Shown one piece after another: positions 60,779-64,000 of a stretch of 64,000 nucleotides of DNA; position 1 is the stretch's first letter, and the number at the start of each line of letters is the position of its first letter. Where the stretch lies: contig JAGLPV010000001.1 of NCBI GenBank assembly GCA_023137195.1, positions 32,001 to 96,000 on the forward strand. The letters are read 5' to 3'. The stretch is from Candidatus Aenigmatarchaeota archaeon. GTDB lineage: Archaea; EX4484-52. A program made the position numbers and the translations under genes. The notes beneath the pieces were generated by a model. That model was not told where the DNA came from. It made no database searches and saw only the letters and a program-made list of their open reading frames with translations.

Positions 60779-61162
60779 ATGGAAAAAATAAAGATAATGG
60801 CGGTAGATGATAATAGAGATGTTTTATTTAGCATAAAAGAAGGGCTAAGTTCCATATCCAGTTACGAGGTGCAGACAGTAAGTTCTGGAGAAAAGTGCAT
60901 AAGCGCGTTAGAGAGCGGCGATGTTCCTAATTTGATTTTAATGGATATTATGATGCCTGAAATGGATGGATGGGAGCTTACAACTAAAATAAAACGGAAC
61001 GGGGACTGGAAAGATATACCTATTATATTTCTTACGGCAAAAACAGATGATTTGAGTAAAGGACTTGGGTCGCTGACAAGCGAGGATTATATTGAGAAAC
61101 CTTTTGAAATACTTGATTTAAAGGAAAGAATAGATGTAGTATTAAAAAAATTGATTAAATAA
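60779..61162 (+). CDS. Single-domain CheY-like response regulator
   Basis: VDD, LMDIMMP.MDG, FLTA, YIEKPF. Confidence 0.92.
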   Translation: MEKIKIMAVDDNRDVLFSIKEGLSSISSYEVQTVSSGEKCISALESGDVPNLILMDIMMPEMDGWELTTKIKRNGDWKDIPIIFLTAKTDDLSKGLGSLTSEDYIEKPFEILDLKERIDVVLKKLIK

Positions 61163-61306
61163 ATATTTGTTATCTGGGTCTTAGAGAAGCAATAATATTC
61201 TTTAAAAATTATTAAATTATTTATTGATACGATATTCGTTTTTGAAGCAGTTGCTTGTTTGAGAAAATCCAGTTAAAATAGAACTGATTACAAGAACATT
61301 GAGATT

Positions 61307-62314
61307 TTATCCAAACAAAGCACCTAAACCCGCAGCAGCTTCTTCATCTTTCTTTTCAGCTTCTTCTGCAGATGGTTTTTCTTCCTTTTTTGCTTCTTCT
61401 GCTGGTTTTGCATCTTCTTTTTTCTCTTCTATTTTTATATCTCCTGTTGCTTCTTTTGGAAGAGCGGAACATAAACCGAGTGCTTTTGAATTCAAATTGG
61501 ACATTATGGCTCCAACGGTATCTTTAGTTACGATATTTGCTTCTATTGCAATATTTTTTGCCTGCTGTGTTGCTTCGCCTATCTTGAATTCAACAACTTC
61601 TGAAGTTGGATAATCTATATTGTATGCTAAATTAAATGCATTATTGTGAACATTGCATATATTGTTTTTATATTCGTCTAAATCTATTGTGAGTATTGAT
61701 TTATCATAAATAATGCCGTTCTCGTAGCATTTTTTTAACTCAAGAGTTATTTTCATTGGTTTTACTTCCAGCTTCATCAACATTTCTGCTGTTTTACTGT
61801 CAATTTCTTTTCCTGCATCTACAAGGGTTTTATCTTCCATTATTACAATTTTTGGTCCCTGTATAGATGCTTTTATTTTCAGGTTTTTCAAATCAGATAT
61901 TGCCGGTCCCGGTGGAAGTTTTGTATCTCCTTTTGGAACTACAATGTCGTCTGTTGCAATATCTCCTGATTTTGCAAAAATGCTTGATTTTTCGTTGTTT
62001 ATCTTTTTCTGGAGTTCAAAAGGGTCTATATCAGAATAAATAAGAGCAGGGATTTTAGCGTCTTTTGCTTTATCCTCTTCGCTTTGAAGCAATAGTTTCT
62101 CTATTCCTTTTTTTTCATTCTTTACCTTTTCCAGTGATTTAATTATGATTTTCTTGCCGTACATCTTTATTTTTGCGATATTCCTTAATCCTTGTCTGAT
62201 TGACTGGGTCTGCGCTCCCGGCAATTTGTAAAAGTCAACTATGCCGACTAATTTTGCATCTCTTATTTCCTGGCACAATTGCTCCTGTTTTTTTATCTTT
62301 AGTTCTGAAACCAT
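61307..62314 (-). CDS. rplP0: Ribosomal protein P0/uL10
   Basis: AKSGDIA..DIVVP.G.T..PPGP; C-terminal [12 protein letters not shown]; start at MVSELK. Confidence 0.93.
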   Translation of the reverse strand: MVSELKIKKQEQLCQEIRDAKLVGIVDFYKLPGAQTQSIRQGLRNIAKIKMYGKKIIIKSLEKVKNEKKGIEKLLLQSEEDKAKDAKIPALIYSDIDPFELQKKINNEKSSIFAKSGDIATDDIVVPKGDTKLPPGPAISDLKNLKIKASIQGPKIVIMEDKTLVDAGKEIDSKTAEMLMKLEVKPMKITLELKKCYENGIIYDKSILTIDLDEYKNNICNVHNNAFNLAYNIDYPTSEVVEFKIGEATQQAKNIAIEANIVTKDTVGAIMSNLNSKALGLCSALPKEATGDIKIEEKKEDAKPAEEAKKEEKPSAEEAEKKDEEAAAGLGALFG

Positions 62315-62367
62315 ACTTACGACTTTTATTAAAATAAGCAAAAAGTTTTTAAGGGTATTGCCAAAAT

Positions 62368-64000
62368 TCAATCTTTTTCTTCTAAATACAAGTCCAGAAT
62401 TGAAATTGCTGCCATTGCTTCTGCTATTGGTGGAACTCTTATTGCAATGCATGGGTCGTGCCTTCCACCCACAGTGATTTTTGTATTTTGGTAGGTCGAT
62501 AGATTTACTGTTCGCTGTTCTTTAGAAATAGATGCTGTGGGCTTTATTGCGACTCTGAACACTACAGGCATTGAATTTGTGATTCCACCCAGTATGCCTC
62601 CTGCGTTGTTTGTGTATGTATGTATCGTGTTGTCCTTGTCAAAATAAAATTCATCGTTGTGTTTGCTACCCTGCAGGGTTGCTGCATTGAAGCCGGAGCC
62701 GAATTCTATTGCCTTTACTGCGGGAATAGAGAATATTGCATGAGATATTATGCTTTCAACGGAGTCAAATAATGGTTCGCCCAAGCCAACGGGCAGTCCT
62801 GATATTATGCACTCTACTATGCCGCCTACAGAGTCGTTGTTGTTTTTGGTTTCCTCTATTTTTTCAGTCATTTTTTTTGCAATGGTCTGGTCCGGGCATC
62901 TTACGAGATTAGAATAGGTGTTTTTTTGAATTTCCTCAAAGTTAGGTTGTTCGTCTAGTATTACGTCTCCAATCTGCTTGGTATAGGCGCATATTTGGAT
63001 TCCTTTGTTGTTTAGAATCTTTTTTGCAACTGCGCCTGCCGCAACCAGGCATGCTGTTAGTCTTCCGGATGCAAAACCTCCGCCATTGTAGTCAAATATG
63101 CTTGCGTATTTTTCCCTTGCAGTAAAATCTGCGTGTCCCGGGCGAGGAGTGTGTTTTATGCTTTCGTATGAGCCGGAATGAACATTCTTGTTGAAAATCT
63201 CTATTTTTATTGCATCACCGGTTGTGGATTCATCTTTAATTCCTGAAATTACGTGGATTTTGTCTTCTTCTGTCCTTGCAGTAGAGAGGTGGCTTATGCT
63301 TCTGCGTTTGTCCACTTCTTTTTGTATGTCTTCATCTGCGATTTTGATGTTTTTTGGTATGCCCTCGAGCAGGAATCCTATTTTTCTGCCGTGGGAGTCA
63401 CCGTAAATTGAAAGCTTTATTTTTTTGCCAAGTGGAGCGCAAAGAGGCATTATGTTTGCGCCCAGCTTTCTCATGTCGTCGTAAAATACAGGATATGATT
63501 TTTTTATGCAGATGGGGTTCTGGATGATTGTATCTCCTTCTGCAATAAATCCTGCGATACTGCATGCCATGGCAATCCTGTGGTCGTTATGCGAGTCTAT
63601 TTCTGCTCCCCTGAGTGTGGTTGGTCCGGTTATTTCAAGACTGTTTTTATTTTCAACAATGTCTGCGCCCATTTTTTTTAACTGGGATGTTATTGCTGCT
63701 GCGCGGTCGGATTCCTTTATCCTGAGCCGCTCTATGTTTTCTATTATTGTCTTTCCATGTGCCTGTGATGCTATGACAGCAAGAGTCGGTACCATGTCGG
63801 GAATATCTTTTGCATCTATTTTTATTGCTTTTAGCTTGCTTTTTTTTACACTGAATTCATTTTGAGAAAAAGAGAGGTCTGCGCCCATTTGCTTTAGGAT
63901 ATCTGTGATTCTTCCATCTCCCTGGAGGGATGGGTAGTTGATTCCTTTTATGGTCAGTCCTTTTGGGCTTGCAAGGACTCCTGAGGCAAATAAAAATGCG
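62368..64000 (-). CDS. EPSP synthase-chorismate synthase fusion (AroA-AroC), 5' end outside the window
   Basis: AroA: QGD, DIPD, LRIKESDR, DHRIAMA, KSYP.F; in-frame AroC: YGDSHG, PRPGHAD, SGRLT, NNAGGILGGI, KPTASI, GRHDPC. Confidence 0.92.
   Translation of the reverse strand, partial: AFLFASGVLASPKGLTIKGINYPSLQGDGRITDILKQMGADLSFSQNEFSVKKSKLKAIKIDAKDIPDMVPTLAVIASQAHGKTIIENIERLRIKESDRAAAITSQLKKMGADIVENKNSLEITGPTTLRGAEIDSHNDHRIAMACSIAGFIAEGDTIIQNPICIKKSYPVFYDDMRKLGANIMPLCAPLGKKIKLSIYGDSHGRKIGFLLEGIPKNIKIADEDIQKEVDKRRSISHLSTARTEEDKIHVISGIKDESTTGDAIKIEIFNKNVHSGSYESIKHTPRPGHADFTAREKYASIFDYNGGGFASGRLTACLVAAGAVAKKILNNKGIQICAYTKQIGDVILDEQPNFEEIQKNTYSNLVRCPDQTIAKKMTEKIEETKNNNDSVGGIVECIISGLPVGLGEPLFDSVESIISHAIFSIPAVKAIEFGSGFNAATLQGSKHNDEFYFDKDNTIHTYTNNAGGILGGITNSMPVVFRVAIKPTASISKEQRTVNLSTYQNTKITVGGRHDPCIAIRVPPIAEAMAAISILDLYLEEKD

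Overview
Archaeal chromosome segment. It encodes TBP, TFB, eL31/eL39, P0/P1 stalk proteins, CDC48, RtcB, Dph6, EndoQ and type IV pilus parts. Scattered ribosomal genes and divergent core proteins suggest a DPANN-type lineage (inference). It still carries a complete de novo NAD pathway, purS/L/Q/M, an AroA-AroC fusion and a GpgS-phosphatase fusion. Two AT-rich accessory islands split biosynthetic operons. The first (RloA/RloB-like pair, IS remnant, DUF4236) lies between nadC and nadX. The second (Fic, type IIG R-M, HEPN, BRO-N, toxin-antitoxin-like genes) lies between purQ and purM. The most striking observation is at 28.98-31.7 kb. A BRO-N gene has a variable segment encoded by an imperfect palindrome, and it is followed by five non-coding, co-oriented palindromic cassettes encoding alternative versions of such segments. 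The gene itself is split by a clean 55-bp double-hairpin insertion. Three small ORFs are missing from the supplied ORF track: a 47-aa stand-alone NrdD glycyl-radical peptide, eL39, and a duplicated R-M C-terminal mini-ORF.
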